Below, one piece after another: positions 12,990 through 25,163 of a stretch of 64,000 nt of DNA. Positions within the stretch are counted from its first letter, which is position 1. Each line of letters opens with the position of its first letter. The DNA is from the human T2T-CHM13v2.0 reference genome, Homo sapiens: NCBI RefSeq assembly GCF_009914755.1, contig NC_060928.1; one strand, written 5' to 3'. The position numbers were made by a program, and so were the translations under genes. Under the pieces are notes generated by a model. The model worked only from the letters and a program-made list of their open reading frames with translations. It was not told the DNA's origin and searched no databases.

Positions 12990-13506
12990 TGTGGCTAATT
13001 GCACTTTCCAAAAATGACCATAGAAATATAAGTATTGTCACATACTCCCCCAGAACTTTGATACTCTTCTCATCAAAAGATAAAATCTGAATACTGTCCC
13101 CTCAAATAGGGATCATAATTTGATGGAAGTGACACTGCATGGATTCAATGGGTGACAAAAGGTGATACAGCGTCCACCTGGCTCTCTTCTCTCTTGGGAC
13201 ATAACTGTGAAATCCTTGTGTTTTATTTATCCTGAAGCATTCATGCTGAAGTAGTCAAATGAAGATAGAAACAGATGCTTGAGTATCCCCAGCTATTTCA
13301 GCCATCAGTTTGAATCTTCTTAAAACTAAAAATATAAGTGAGCAAACCGTCCCCAAGCCTCCACAATGCCCCAGCTGATGCTGAGTGGAACACAGATGAG
13401 ACGCCACAGAGTCCTGCTGAACTGCAGATTAGTGACCAACATAAAGAGCTGTTTCAAGCTACTAAGATTTGTAGTGGTTTGTTATGCAGCCATGTGAACT
13501 GAAACA
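12990..13506 (+). mobile_element. MLT1G-like solo LTR
   Basis: tgtggctaattgcactttccaaaaatgacc...ccccagctgatgctgagtggaacacagatgag...gtggtttgttatgcagcc...aactgaaaca. Confidence 0.75.
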
Positions 13507-13867
13507 CTTATATAAAATACAAGTCAATAAATTGCACTATGAGGCATGTTGTGTAATCTCAGTATATCCTACATAATTGAATGGGACTAGTGAATTGCCT
13601 ATCAACTAATGAATGTGCTGATTGCTTAGACACAAACACACATACACACACTCTCACACACACACACCAGAAGCAAATTTCTAGAATACTTCTAGTGTTC
13701 CTCTGAGTTTTCTTACATAACAGTAAAAAATTTAGAAATAGGAAATCCATTTTTGCCTTCAAGTCATCACCCTTATGTCATTTTGTTGGAAAAAATTCAA
13801 GCTGTCTACCCATTGGTATTTCTCTTTTTTTTTTTTTTTTTAGAAAAACTTCTTTAAGTCTAATGTT

Positions 13868-15325
13868 TTAAAATTTATTATTTTAATTTTATTGAATAGT
13901 AACAAATTATAATTTTAATATTCTTGGAGTACAAAGTGATGCATGATATATGTATAAATGTGGAATAATTGAATTAGGCTAATTAGCATGCCCATCACCT
14001 CAAATACCTATCATTTATTCCTCTTTTCTAACTAAAATATTGTACCCTTTGATGAACATCTTCCCATTTCTCCCACCCCCAGCCGCTGGTAATTGCCACT
14101 CTACTCTCTGCTTCCGTGAGTGTGATTGTTTTCAATTCCACATATACATGAGAACATGCAGTATATGTCTTTCTGTGCCTGGCTTATTTCACTTAGCATT
14201 ATGTCCTCCAGGTTCATCCTTGTTGTCACAAATGACAGAATTTCTCTGTTTTTAAAGGCTGAATGAATAATATTCCATTAGGTATATAAAACACATTTTA
14301 ATCCATTTATCCATTGATGGACTCCTACATTGCTTCCATAACTTGGCAATTGTGAGTAATGCTGCAATGAACATGAGAGTGTAGATATTTCTTTAACAGA
14401 CTGAGTTCAAATCGTTTTCGTAAATACTCAGAAGTGGGATTGCTGGATCATATGGTAATTCCACTTTTAAGTTTTTGAGGAACTTCCATACTGCTTTCCA
14501 CAATGGTTATACTAATTTACATTTCCACCAATAGTGTATAAGAGTTCCTTTTTCTCTATATCCTCACCGTTTTCATCTTTCATCTTTGATCTTCTACCTT
14601 TTTGATAATTACCATGCTGACAGGTGTGAGGTGATATTTCGTTTTGTCTTTTATTTGCATTTTCCTAAACATTAGTGATGTTGAACATTTTTTCATATAT
14701 CTGTTGCTATTTGCGTGTCTTCTTTGAGAAATATCTACTCAGGTCCTTCGTCAATTTATTTAACAACTCTTGTTATTGAGTTGTTTTAGTTTCATGTATA
14801 TGTTTGGTTTTAACTCCTTGTTACATACATGGCTTGCAAATATTTTCTCCCAATCCAAAGGTTCCCAGGTTGTCTTTTCACTCTGTTAATTTTTTACTTT
14901 GTTGTGCAGAAGCGTTTTTGTTTGATCTAACCCCATTTTTCTAGTTTTATTTTTGTTGCCTGAGCTTTTGGAGTCAAATCCAAAAAAATCATTGCTCAGG
15001 CCGTTGCCATCCAGTTATTCACCCTTGTTTTCTTCTAGTAGTCTTACAGTTTCAAGTGTTACATTTAAGTCTTTAATTGATTTTTTCAGTTGATTTTTGC
15101 ATGTGGTGTGAGAAAAGGGGCCGGTTTTATTCTTCTGCAGGTGGATACCCAGTTTTGTCAATAATTTTATTGAAGAGACTGGTGTTTTTTTTGTTTTTTT
15201 TGTTTTTTTTTTACCTATTGTATATTCTTGGCCACTTTGTTGAAAACCAACTGACAGTAAATATGTGGGTTAATTTTAGGGCTCTCTATTTTGTTCCACT
15301 GATTGATGTGCCTATTTGTATGCTA
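13868..15325 (-). mobile_element. L1MA-type LINE-1 3' portion
   Basis: Antisense L1 3' UTR and ORF2 end (ctggcttatttcacttagcat, gggattgctggatcatatggtaatt, tttgttgtgcagaagc). Confidence 0.92.
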
Positions 15326-15427
15326 ACTGGCATTTTAAAGTTTTTCATTTTTCATTTCTATCATCTAAAGGGTCACTTATGATCTGTAAATTATAAACTG
15401 AATAATAATAATAAAGGGGTGATGGAG

Positions 15428-15935
15428 ATGGCAGATTAAATTACTTGGTTCTAATTATTCACCTCCTTCACTCTCACACTTTGTCATGTAACTGTCCAGT
15501 GCCAACTCATTGTGGGCAGGAAGACCTACCCTTGCCTTTTAAATCAGAACTTAGCCTTGGGATTCATAATGAATATGTGTTAGCAGAAATGAAGTCATAC
15601 AATATTGAAGATATCTTTGTATATTCTTCTTGTTCTCTTGTACCTCTGTCATCTCCCTGAAAACATGCTTGTGATGACACGATGGGGGTTTAGAGCTATA
15701 TGCAGAGAAAAGCTGTGAGAGTATTAATGGCCCAGTCACCCCAAGCAAGAACAACCTAAATAAGTTGACAGTCAGTCAACCCCACATATGGGACTGAGCA
15801 TGGCAGAGATTGAAAGCAATATCCAACCATGAGCAATCTACATCTCTTATTCCCAGACTCATGAGGTGATTAAGGGTTTATTGTTTAAAGCTGTTGAGTT
15901 TTGGCATGGTTATTAGGAGCACTCATAATATGAAT
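15428..15935 (+). mobile_element. MLT1H-like solo LTR
   Basis: ggcagattaaatt...cacactttgtcatgtaact...gttagcagaaatga...ttattgtttaaagctgttgagttttgg. Confidence 0.65.
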
Positions 15936-16274
15936 ATAATAAACAGTTTTAACATTACATTGGGGAAGAAAGTCTTACTGGAATAAAAAAAGGAATTTTG
16001 ACTTCAGTAATAATTCAGCAATGCCTTTTTGGTATTTGTATTAGTATTTAAGATACCGTGAAATACCCTGTAGTGTAATAAAAAAATAAAATAGTGTCAG
16101 AGAATGGAGAGGACACTCAGAAATACAGTGTGCAGAATATTCCAGAATAAGAAAAAAATTAACAAGATATAAGTAACATGTGGGATTTGGATCATTCTAG
16201 GGGCAAGAGGAACGACATCTAATAAGACTTGAGATTTGCCATAAGCAAGAAAGTTGATATATTGTAGACTTCAT

Positions 16275-17475
16275 GTTTTTAAATAGACTTTAGGGCAGTT
16301 TTACATTCATAGCAAAATTGAGCACAAGGCACAAAGTTCTCACATACCTCATTGCTCTCTATATAAACAACTTTCCTCCATCAACATCCTACACCAAGAG
16401 GTATGTTTGTTACTATCAGTAAATCTACATTGACACATCATTATCACTCAAAGTGCATAGTTTACATTAGGGCTCACTCTTGGTGTTGTATATTCCCTGG
16501 GCTTGGCAAATATATAATGACTTGTATCTACCATTGTAGTAGCATACAGAGTAGTGTCATTGCTCTAAAACTCCTCCATGCTCTGCTATTCGTTCTTCCT
16601 TCCATTCTAACCCTTGACAACCACTGATCTTTTTACTGGGTCCATAGTTTGGCCTTTTTTCAGGATATCATGTAGTTGAAAGCATACAGTGTGTAGTATT
16701 TTCAGATTGTCTTATTTTACTTACTAATGTCCATTTATATTTCCCCTTTGTATGTTCATGGCTTGACAGCTCATTTCCATTTAGAGTTGAATAATGTTCT
16801 ATTGTCTGGATGCAGCATGGTTAATGTATTCATTCACTTACTGAAAAAACATCTCAGTCACTTCCAAGTTTTGAAAATTATGAATGAAGTTGCTATAAAC
16901 ATCTGTGTGCAGGTTTTTGTGTAGACATAAGTTTTTAGCTCATTTAGTTAAATACCAATGAATGTCATTGCTGGTTGCTATGGTAGGATTATGTTTTGCA
17001 TTGTAAGAAACTGCCAAACAGTCTTCCAAAGTAACTGTACCATTTTGCATTCCCATCAACAATTGTTTGTGTTACTCCATATCATCCCCAGAATTTGCCA
17101 TTGTTCGTGTTTTAAACTTTGACCATTCTAATAGATGTGTCTGAGTATCTCATTATTGTTCTAATTTTCATTTCTCTGGTGGTACATCTTTTTATATGCT
17201 TACTTTTCATCAATATATCTTCTTTTGTTGGTTGTCTGTTCAAGCCTGTTGCCCATTTTAGGGGGTTATTTTTCCTATTATTGAACTTTAAGTGTTCTTC
17301 ATATAATTGAATAACAGTCATTGATCAGATATATCTTTGGCAAATATTCTCTTCCAGTCTGTGTCTTCTATATTCATTCACCTAACAATGTATTTCACCA
17401 GAACAGTAATTTTTAATTGTATCGAGGTTAAGTTTATTAATAATTTGTTTCATGCAGTGTCTTTGGTGTTGTGAC
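16275..17475 (-). mobile_element. L1MC-type LINE-1 3' portion
   Basis: agttttacattcatagcaaaattgagc, cattatcactcaaagtgcatagtttacattagggctcactcttgg, gaaactgccaaacagtcttccaaag. Confidence 0.9.
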
Positions 17476-17614
17476 TGCATACATTTTAACTGTAATTTCT
17501 CAGTCATTAATGTGGGAAGCTGAAACAATATGTTTTAAATGTTGGCATAAAGTTGCCTTTTATAAGGCAAAAAGAGAGATAAGGAGCATGCAAAAGAAAT
17601 GGTCATCACAGTTA

Positions 17615-17830
17615 CAATAAATAATATTTCTCATATATTAAGTTTCTGGAACTAATTAAGACATTTATATTTAATATTTTATTTCATCCTCACTACAATC
17701 ATATATAAGTGGTGTTAAAACACAACAATTGTTTTATAAATTAGGAAGGTGGAAGCTCAGTTAGTGAGGTTACATAGCATTCCCAAGGTCATATAGTTGG
17801 TTAGTGTTAGAGCCAGGATTCAAAAACAGA
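17615..17830 (-). mobile_element. MIR
   Basis: tttcatcctcactacaa...gaagctcag...gaggtta...cccaaggtcatatag...agagccaggattcaaa. Confidence 0.75.
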
Positions 17831-18049
17831 AAAATCCAGGATTAAACCCAGTAAGGATTCTATGAAACCAAAGTATTTATTTACTTAACTTCCTCAGGAA
17901 AGTTTCTAGAAAACTATAAGCAAATGCCCAACCTCCTGAGATGCGGACATCGCTATGAGTGCAACTAGAAAAGGGTTCCAGTGATGTGAGGAAACGAGGC
18001 AAATATATTTTTCTGTTTCTGGCTTACAGCCCAAGATACTGGAGCCTCC

Positions 18050-18600
18050 CTCCTCTCATAGCTTCTTATCATTTAATTATTAGCAGCCTTAGCTAATCAT
18101 TAATTATGCACTGTCAATTATGCTTACATTATTATTTGAAATGGATACAATATCTGACTGATTTGACTAAAATAACCCCCTTGTTTAATTGTCAATTTGC
18201 ATAAATTCAGATGCAATGAGATGTTGCACAGTGATTCATTAGGCATTGAAAACAGCAGCAACAACCTGAACGACGGGAGGCTCAGTCTTGCAAATTATTG
18301 CCATTTTCATCAGGAAAGGAATTCCATTACAACTGACTTTCCTTAGTCTGAAATTGTGATGAGGAATTTGCAAACTTGAGCCATCATAGGTTTTATAGGG
18401 TGACACTAAAGGCAAACACACATCTATGACCACTGGCAAGACATCTGTCCCGCATGTAATTGAAACTTTCTCCTGTGCTGGTCCAGTGCTTTGATAGCAG
18501 GGCAATAGATTTCCATGCTGGTGCTCTCATTATAGGGATGGCTGTCTGAATGTGATCCTTGAGTCTAGGGAGTTGAATGACTCACTTCCCCCACTTACTG
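18050..18600. promoter_or_regulatory. Putative conserved enhancer-like element
   Basis: Non-repeat block with clustered TAATTA, TGTCA, octamer ATTTGCAT (18195-18202), CTTTGAT (18489-18495), TGACTCA (18578-18584). Confidence 0.45.
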
Positions 18601-19067
18601 TAAAGTGAAATTTCAACTGAAGGTGAGTGCGGTGAACTAGCAAATTTGCTTCAAAGCTGTTTTCCTATACTTCCATAGTAATAATATTTTGAAGTGCCTA
18701 CTATGTGCTAGTCGTGTATTAGGAATTAAGAGTAATTGCTCACATTTAATAAAAACATCCCTATACAAATTTATGGTGCTATCATAGTTTTAGAAGTCAC
18801 AAGTTTAACAAGTGTCAAACCTGCAATATATTCTAAATTTAATGGACTCAGATCTCTTCTGTGTTATAACTCCAGTACCTATAGGGTATTAACTGGCACA
18901 TCTAGAAAAATAAATTACATTTTTTTCATATTTAATAAATACATATTTTTTAAAGTATATTAAGACATATATTCTTCTGTTTCTAGTGGGGCTCTATTAT
19001 TTAAGCCACTACTGATACAAAGTTGTTTTTAGGCAAAGCGTAATAACATATTTTTTGAATTTTTAAA

Positions 19068-19280
19068 ATTGTATTTTATTTTTAATTGAAAAATAATAAT
19101 TGTATATATTTATGGTATACAATGATATTTTAAGATACCTGTATGCACTGGGGGATAATTAATTTTATCTAACTAACATATCCATCACCTCACATAATTA
19201 TCATTTGTTTTTTGATGATAACATCTAAAAATCTACTCTTTCAGCAATTTTGAAATATACATTATTTGTAACTACAGTAT
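19068..19280 (-). mobile_element. L1MA 3' UTR fragment
   Basis: aataataattgtatatatttatggtatacaa...catatccatcacctcacata...aaaatctactcttt. Confidence 0.85.
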
Positions 19281-20094
19281 CTGTTATAGCTTAATAATAA
19301 GGGATATTTGTATGGTGCTACAGTTTCCAAATAATTCAAATTTACAGAGAGTAACATAATCTCTATTACATTATTAGAATTTAGGGAGTAGTATTATAAT
19401 ACCCACTCTTCAGACATGAAAATTCAGAAATTTACTTACCCAAAACTGTAAAACTCACGAATGAAGAACTTAAATAAAAGACTTATATTTCCTAAGTCTA
19501 TCCTCTTTTCTCTCATCTATACTTCAGTGCTTTTATTGTTTTCTCTTTTCTCTTTTTAAATTTAATTTTAGGTGCTCAGTGTTCTCATGGATGGCTTCTG
19601 ACTCTCCAGGTTTTCAAGCAAGGGTACTCGAACTTGCGTATGTGCAGTATTAAAGGCTAAGATACTTTTCTATGAGGTCTCCACCTTATTAGAATTTATT
19701 TCCCTTGATTCCTACACTAACAGGATCTAGGAAATAGTCCTTCCTTTGCAAATTGTTCTTCTTGCTTCTTCAAGCCAGAGTTAATGTGCCATCATAACCT
19801 TTGAATGCTGAGAAACCTCTGCCATCCTGTCTCATATGCTAGCTATTAACTAGAAAGTATTTTTTCTGGACATTTTCATTTTATCTTTGACCAATTTCCC
19901 CATATAATAAGCAAATTACTATGTAGGAAACTGCCAACATGGCTTAGAAGTTAACAAACATTCATTAGGTTTAAGGTCCTAAAAAATTGAATAATATTGT
20001 ACATTTAAAAAGTAATAAAATAATAAATAAATGTGCATCAAGAAATGATGGGTTTTAAAATAACCAGTAGAAAAATTTGGAAAGAAAATATATC

Positions 20095-22797
20095 AAAAAA
20101 TCAAATGAATCCAGGAGCTAGTTTTTTGAAAAGATTAGCAAAATAGGCAGACTGCTAGCTTAGGCTAATAAGAAAACAGAGAAGAATCAAATAGACACAA
20201 TAAAAAATGATAAAGGGGATATCACCACCGATCCCGCAGAAATACAAATTACCACCAGAGAATACTGTAAACACCTCTATGCAAATAAACTGGAAAATCT
20301 AGAAGAAATGGATAAATTCCTGGACACATACATCCTCCCAAGACTAAACCAGGAAGAAGTCGAATCCCTGAATAGACCAATAACAAGTTCTGAAATGGAG
20401 GCAGGAATTAATACCCTACCAACCAAAAAAGCCCAGGACCAGACAGATTCACTGCCAAATTCTACCAGAAGTGCAACGAGGAGCTGGTACCATTTCTTGT
20501 GAAACTATTCCGAACAATAGAAAAAAAGGGACTCCTCTCTAACTCATTTTATAAGGCCAGGGTCATCCTGATACCAAAACCTGGCAGAGACACAACAAAA
20601 AAGGAAAACTTCAGGCCAATATCCCTGAGGAACATCTATGCAAAAATCCTCAGTAAAATACTGTCAAACCAAATCCAACAGCACATCAAAAATCCACGAT
20701 GATCAAGTCAGCTTCATCCCTGGGATGCAAGGCTGATTCAACATACACAAATAAATAAATGTAATCCATCACAGAACAGAACCAATGACAAAAACCACAT
20801 GATTATCTCAATAGATGCAGAAAAGGCCTTTGATAAAATTCAACATTACATCATTCTAAAAACACTCAATAAACTAGGTATTGATGGAACATATCTCAAA
20901 ATAATAAGAGCTGTTTATGACAGACCCATAGCTAATATCATATTGAATGGGCAAAAGCTGGAAGCATTCCCTTTGAAAACTGGCACAAGTCAAGGATGCC
21001 TTCTCTGGCCACTGCTATGCAACATAGTATTGGAAGTTCTGGCCAGGAAAATCAGGTAATAGAGAGAAATGAAGGTTATTCAAATAGGAAGAGAGGAAGT
21101 CAAATTGTCTCTGTTTGCAGATGACATGATTATATATTTAGAAAACCCCATCATCTCAGCCCAAAAACTTCTCAAGCTGATAAGCAACTTCAGCAGTTTC
21201 TCAGAATAAAAAATCAATGTACAAAAATCACAAGCATTCCTGTACACCAACAATAGACAAGCAGAGAACCAAATCATGAGTAAACTCCCATTCAAATTGC
21301 TACAAAGAGAATAAAATACCTAGGAATACAACATACAAGGGATGTGAAGGACGTTTGCAAGGAGAACTACAAACCAGTGCTCAAGGGAATAAGAGAGGAC
21401 AAAAACAAATGGGAAAAAATCCCATGCTTATGGATAGGAAAAATCAATATTGTGAAAATGGCCATACTGCCCAAAGTAATTTACGGATTCAATGCTATTC
21501 CCATCAAGCTACCATTGACTTTCTTTGAAGAATTAGAAAAAATACTTTAAATTTTATAAGGAACCAAAAAAGAGCCCATATAGCAAAGACAATCCTAAGC
21601 AAACAGAAGAAAGCTGGAGGCATCAGTCTACCTGACTTCAAACTATACTACAAGGCTACAGTAACCAAAACAGCATGGTACTGGTACCAAAACAGATATA
21701 CAGACCAATGGAACAGAATAGAGAACTCAGAAGTAACACCACACATTTACAGCCATCTGATCCTTGAGAAACGTGACAAAAACAAAACTGACTAGCCATA
21801 TGCAGAAAACAGAAACTGGACCCCTTTTTTACACCTTATATAAAAATTAACTCAAGATGGATTAAAGACTTAAATGTAAACCCAAAACATAAAAATTCTA
21901 GAAGAAAACCTAGGCAGTACCATTCAGGACATAGGCATGGGCAAAGACTTCATGACTGAAACACCAAAAGCAATGGCAACAAAAGCAAAAATTGATAAAT
22001 GGGATCTAATTAAACTAAAGAACTTCCTCACAGCAAAAGAAACTAGCATCTGAGTGAACAGGCAACCTACAAAATGGGAGAAAATCTTTGAAATCTGCCC
22101 ATCTGACAAAAGTCTAATATCCAGAATCTACAAAGAACTTAAACAAATTTACAAGAAAAAACAAACAGCCCCATCAAAAAGTGGGCAGAGGATATGAACA
22201 GACAGTTCTCAAAAGAAGACATTTATGTGGCCAACAAACAGATGAAAAAAAAAAAAAACTCATCATCACTGGTCGTTAGAGAAATGCAAATCAAAACCAC
22301 ACTGAGATACCATCTCATGCCAGTTAGAATGGCCATCATTAAAAAGTCAGGAGACAACAGATGCTGGCGAGGCTGTGGAGACATAGAAATGCTTTTACAC
22401 TGTAGGAGTGTAAATTAGTTCAACCATTGTGGAAAACAGTGTGGTGATTCCTCAAGGATCTAGAATCAGAAATACCATTTGACTCAGCAATCCCATTACT
22501 GGGTATATACCCAAAGGATTATAAATCATTCTACTGTAAATATACATTCACACATACGTTTATTGCAGCACTATTTAAAACAGCAAAGACTTGGAACCAA
22601 CCCAAATGCCCATCAATGATAGACTGAATAAAGAAAATGTGGCACATATATACCATAGAATACTAGGCAGCCATAAAAAAGAATGAGTTAATGTCCTTTG
22701 CAGGGACACGGATTAAGCTGTAAGCCATCATTCTCAGCAAGCTAACACAGAACAGAAAACCAAACACCGCATATTGTCACTCATAAGAGGGAGTTGA
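20095..22797 (+). pseudogene. Disrupted L1 ORF2 (reverse transcriptase) remnant
   Basis: ORF pieces MDKFLDTY..., [15 protein letters not shown]..., and [17 protein letters not shown] near 21100-21150; many stops and frameshifts. Confidence 0.9.
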
Positions 22798-23035
22798 ACA
22801 ATTAGAACACGTGGATACAGGGAGGGGAACGTCACACAGTGGGGCCTATCCGGAAGTGGGGGTCAAGGGAAGGGAGAGTATTACGACAAATACCAAATGC
22901 ATGTGCAGCTTAAAACCTAGATGACGGGTTGATAGGTGCGACAAACCACCATAGCAAATGTATACCTGTGTAACAAGCCTGCACGTTCTATACATTATCC
23001 AAGAACTTAAAGTAAAATTTAAAAATTAAAAAAAA
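20095..23035 (+). mobile_element. 5'-truncated L1PA7/8-like LINE-1 (~2.9 kb)
   Basis: ORF2 RT through C-terminus, 3' UTR cttaaaacctagatgacgggttgataggtg, A-tail; TSD-like aaagaaaatatatc / aaagaaaatacatac. Confidence 0.96.
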
Positions 23036-23160
23036 GAAAATACATACATGCTTTGAAATACAAAGTATGCACAACAAGTGGAATAATAGTAAACCTATAT
23101 ATAGTTAGATTGGATTTCTAAATTGGAAAATAGCACTGAAGAATAAAAAAATATAGGGAA

Positions 23161-23294
23161 GACCACCTATTTGATAACACAATAGGGTGATGACATTCAA
23201 TAACAACTTAATTGTGTATTTTAAAATAACTTAAATAATGTAAAATAACTTAGAAATGTAATTAGATTGTAACTCAAGAGAAATATCTTTAGGG
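23161..23294 (+). mobile_element. Internal L1MA 3' UTR fragment between direct repeats
   Basis: tatttgataacacaatagggtga...aacttaattgtgtattttaaaataact; flanked by gaagaataaaaaa(a)ta[t/c]agggaa. Confidence 0.7.
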
Positions 23295-23860
23295 GAAGAA
23301 TAAAAAATACAGGGAAATAAAAAAGTAAAAATATGAAGAATAAATTTATAAGCATAGATAACACTGAATAAATTTTTAATATTTTAATATTTTCCTAATA
23401 GAATAACAGGGATAACTTTCAGGGAAATATGGCTGAAACTATTGTTGAACTAAAGAAGTATATGAATTATCTTTGTGCACTGACTTTATACTGATTATAT
23501 AATGGGACAGCAATATGTTAAGGATGAAGAAAAATCTCTAAATCCCAACTAAAGAGAAAATATACATACAAAGGAATAAAAATATGATTGAAAATAAAAC
23601 TTATTACAGTAAGATTACTATAAAACAAATAACTTTCAACATAGAATTTCCTAGCCATTCAGACAAGACTATTACATGAAATTTTCAGATATACAAAGAA
23701 TATATACTACCAATAGATTCTTACAAATTACCCAATAATGTATTTCAAACCAGAAAACCCAAACAAAAAGAATAAAATATGAACAACTCAGCAATCTTGG
23801 GTTAAAATACAGAAATCAAAAAATCAGTTAAATTCAACAAATTATACACTATCAAATTAT
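23295..23860 (+). mobile_element. Ancient L1M ORF1-region remnant
   Basis: A-rich degenerate text (gaaatatggctgaaact, catacaaaggaataaaaat, tttcaacatagaatttcctagcca) resembling old L1 ORF1. Confidence 0.5.
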
Positions 23861-23867
23861 AATCTTC

Positions 23868-25163
23868 TGATATAGTTTAACTATGTCCCCACCCAAATCT
23901 CATTTTAAATTGTAATTCCCATAGTCCCCACATGTTCTGGGAGGGACGAGATGGATGATAATTGAATCATGGGGGCAGATTCCCCCATGCTGTTTTCCTA
24001 GTAGTGATTTCTCATGAGATCTGATGGTTTTATAAGCATCTGGCATTTCCCCTGCTGACACTCATTCTTGCCGTCCTGTCACTCTGAAGAAGATGCCTGC
24101 TTCTCCTTTGCCTTCAGCCATGATTGTACGTTTCCTGAGACCTCCCCAGCAATGCAGAACTGTGAGTCAATTAAGCCTCTTTTCTTTATAAATTAGCCAG
24201 CCTTGGGTATTTCTTTATCAGTAGCATGAAAACAAACTAATACAGTTTGTTTTCAACTCTCACTCACCACAGAGAGTGAGGCGCTGCTGTAAGAATGCCC
24301 AAAAATGTGGAAGTGACTTTAGAACCGGGTAACAGGCAGAGATTGGTACAGTCTGGAGGACTTAAAAGAAGACAGGAAAATGTGGGAAAGTTTGGAACTT
24401 CTAGAGACATGTTCATTAGTTTTGACCAAAATGCTGATGGTGATATGGACTATGAAGTCCAGGCTGAGGTGGTCTCGGATGGAGATAAAGAACTTGCTGG
24501 AAACTGGAGTAAAGGTCACCCTTGCCATGCTTTAGCAAAGAGACTGGCAGCATTTTGCCCCTACCCTAGAGATCTATGGAACTTTGAGGCTGAGAGAGAT
24601 AATTTAGGGTATCTGGTGGAAAAAATTTCAAAGCAACAAAACATTTGAAGAAAGCAGCACATAAAAGCTTGGAAAATTTTCAGCCTGACTTTGATAGAAA
24701 ACAAAAACCCATTTTCTGGGGAAAATTTTAAGCTGGCTGCAGATACTGGCATTGATAATGAGAAGCCAAATATTAATCACTAAGATAATGGGAAAATGTC
24801 TCCAGGCCATGACAGAGACCACCCCAGCAGCCTTTCCCCTCGTAGAGGCCTAGGAGGGAAAAATGCTTTTTTGGGCCAAGCTCAGGGCCACCTTGCTCTG
24901 AGCAGCCTCAGGATGTGGTGCCCCGTGTTTCAGCTGCTTCAGCTCCAGCTGTGGCTAAAAGGGTCCAAAGTACACCTTGGGCCATTAACTCAGAGGGTGC
25001 AAGCCCCAATTTTTGGTGGCTTTCATATGGTGTTGAGTCTGTGGGTGCACAGAAGTCAAGAATTGAGTTTTAGGGACATTTGCCTAGATTTCAGAGGATG
25101 TATGGAAACACTTGGGTGCCCAGGCAGAAGTTTGCTGCAGGGGTGGAGTCCTTATGGAGAACT
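23868..25163 (+). mobile_element. THE1D 5' LTR (23868-24244) plus 3'-truncated internal region
   Basis: tgatatag...aaactaataca LTR, then THE1-int ending abruptly at tggagaacttc. Confidence 0.92.

Noticed and set aside
19540-19650. Isolated strong + strand acceptors (also ~4725, ~6672, ~41606, ~63909) and donors (~44195, ~48103, ~63122)
   Set aside because: No convincing partner site at exon distance; such motifs are common in AT-rich DNA
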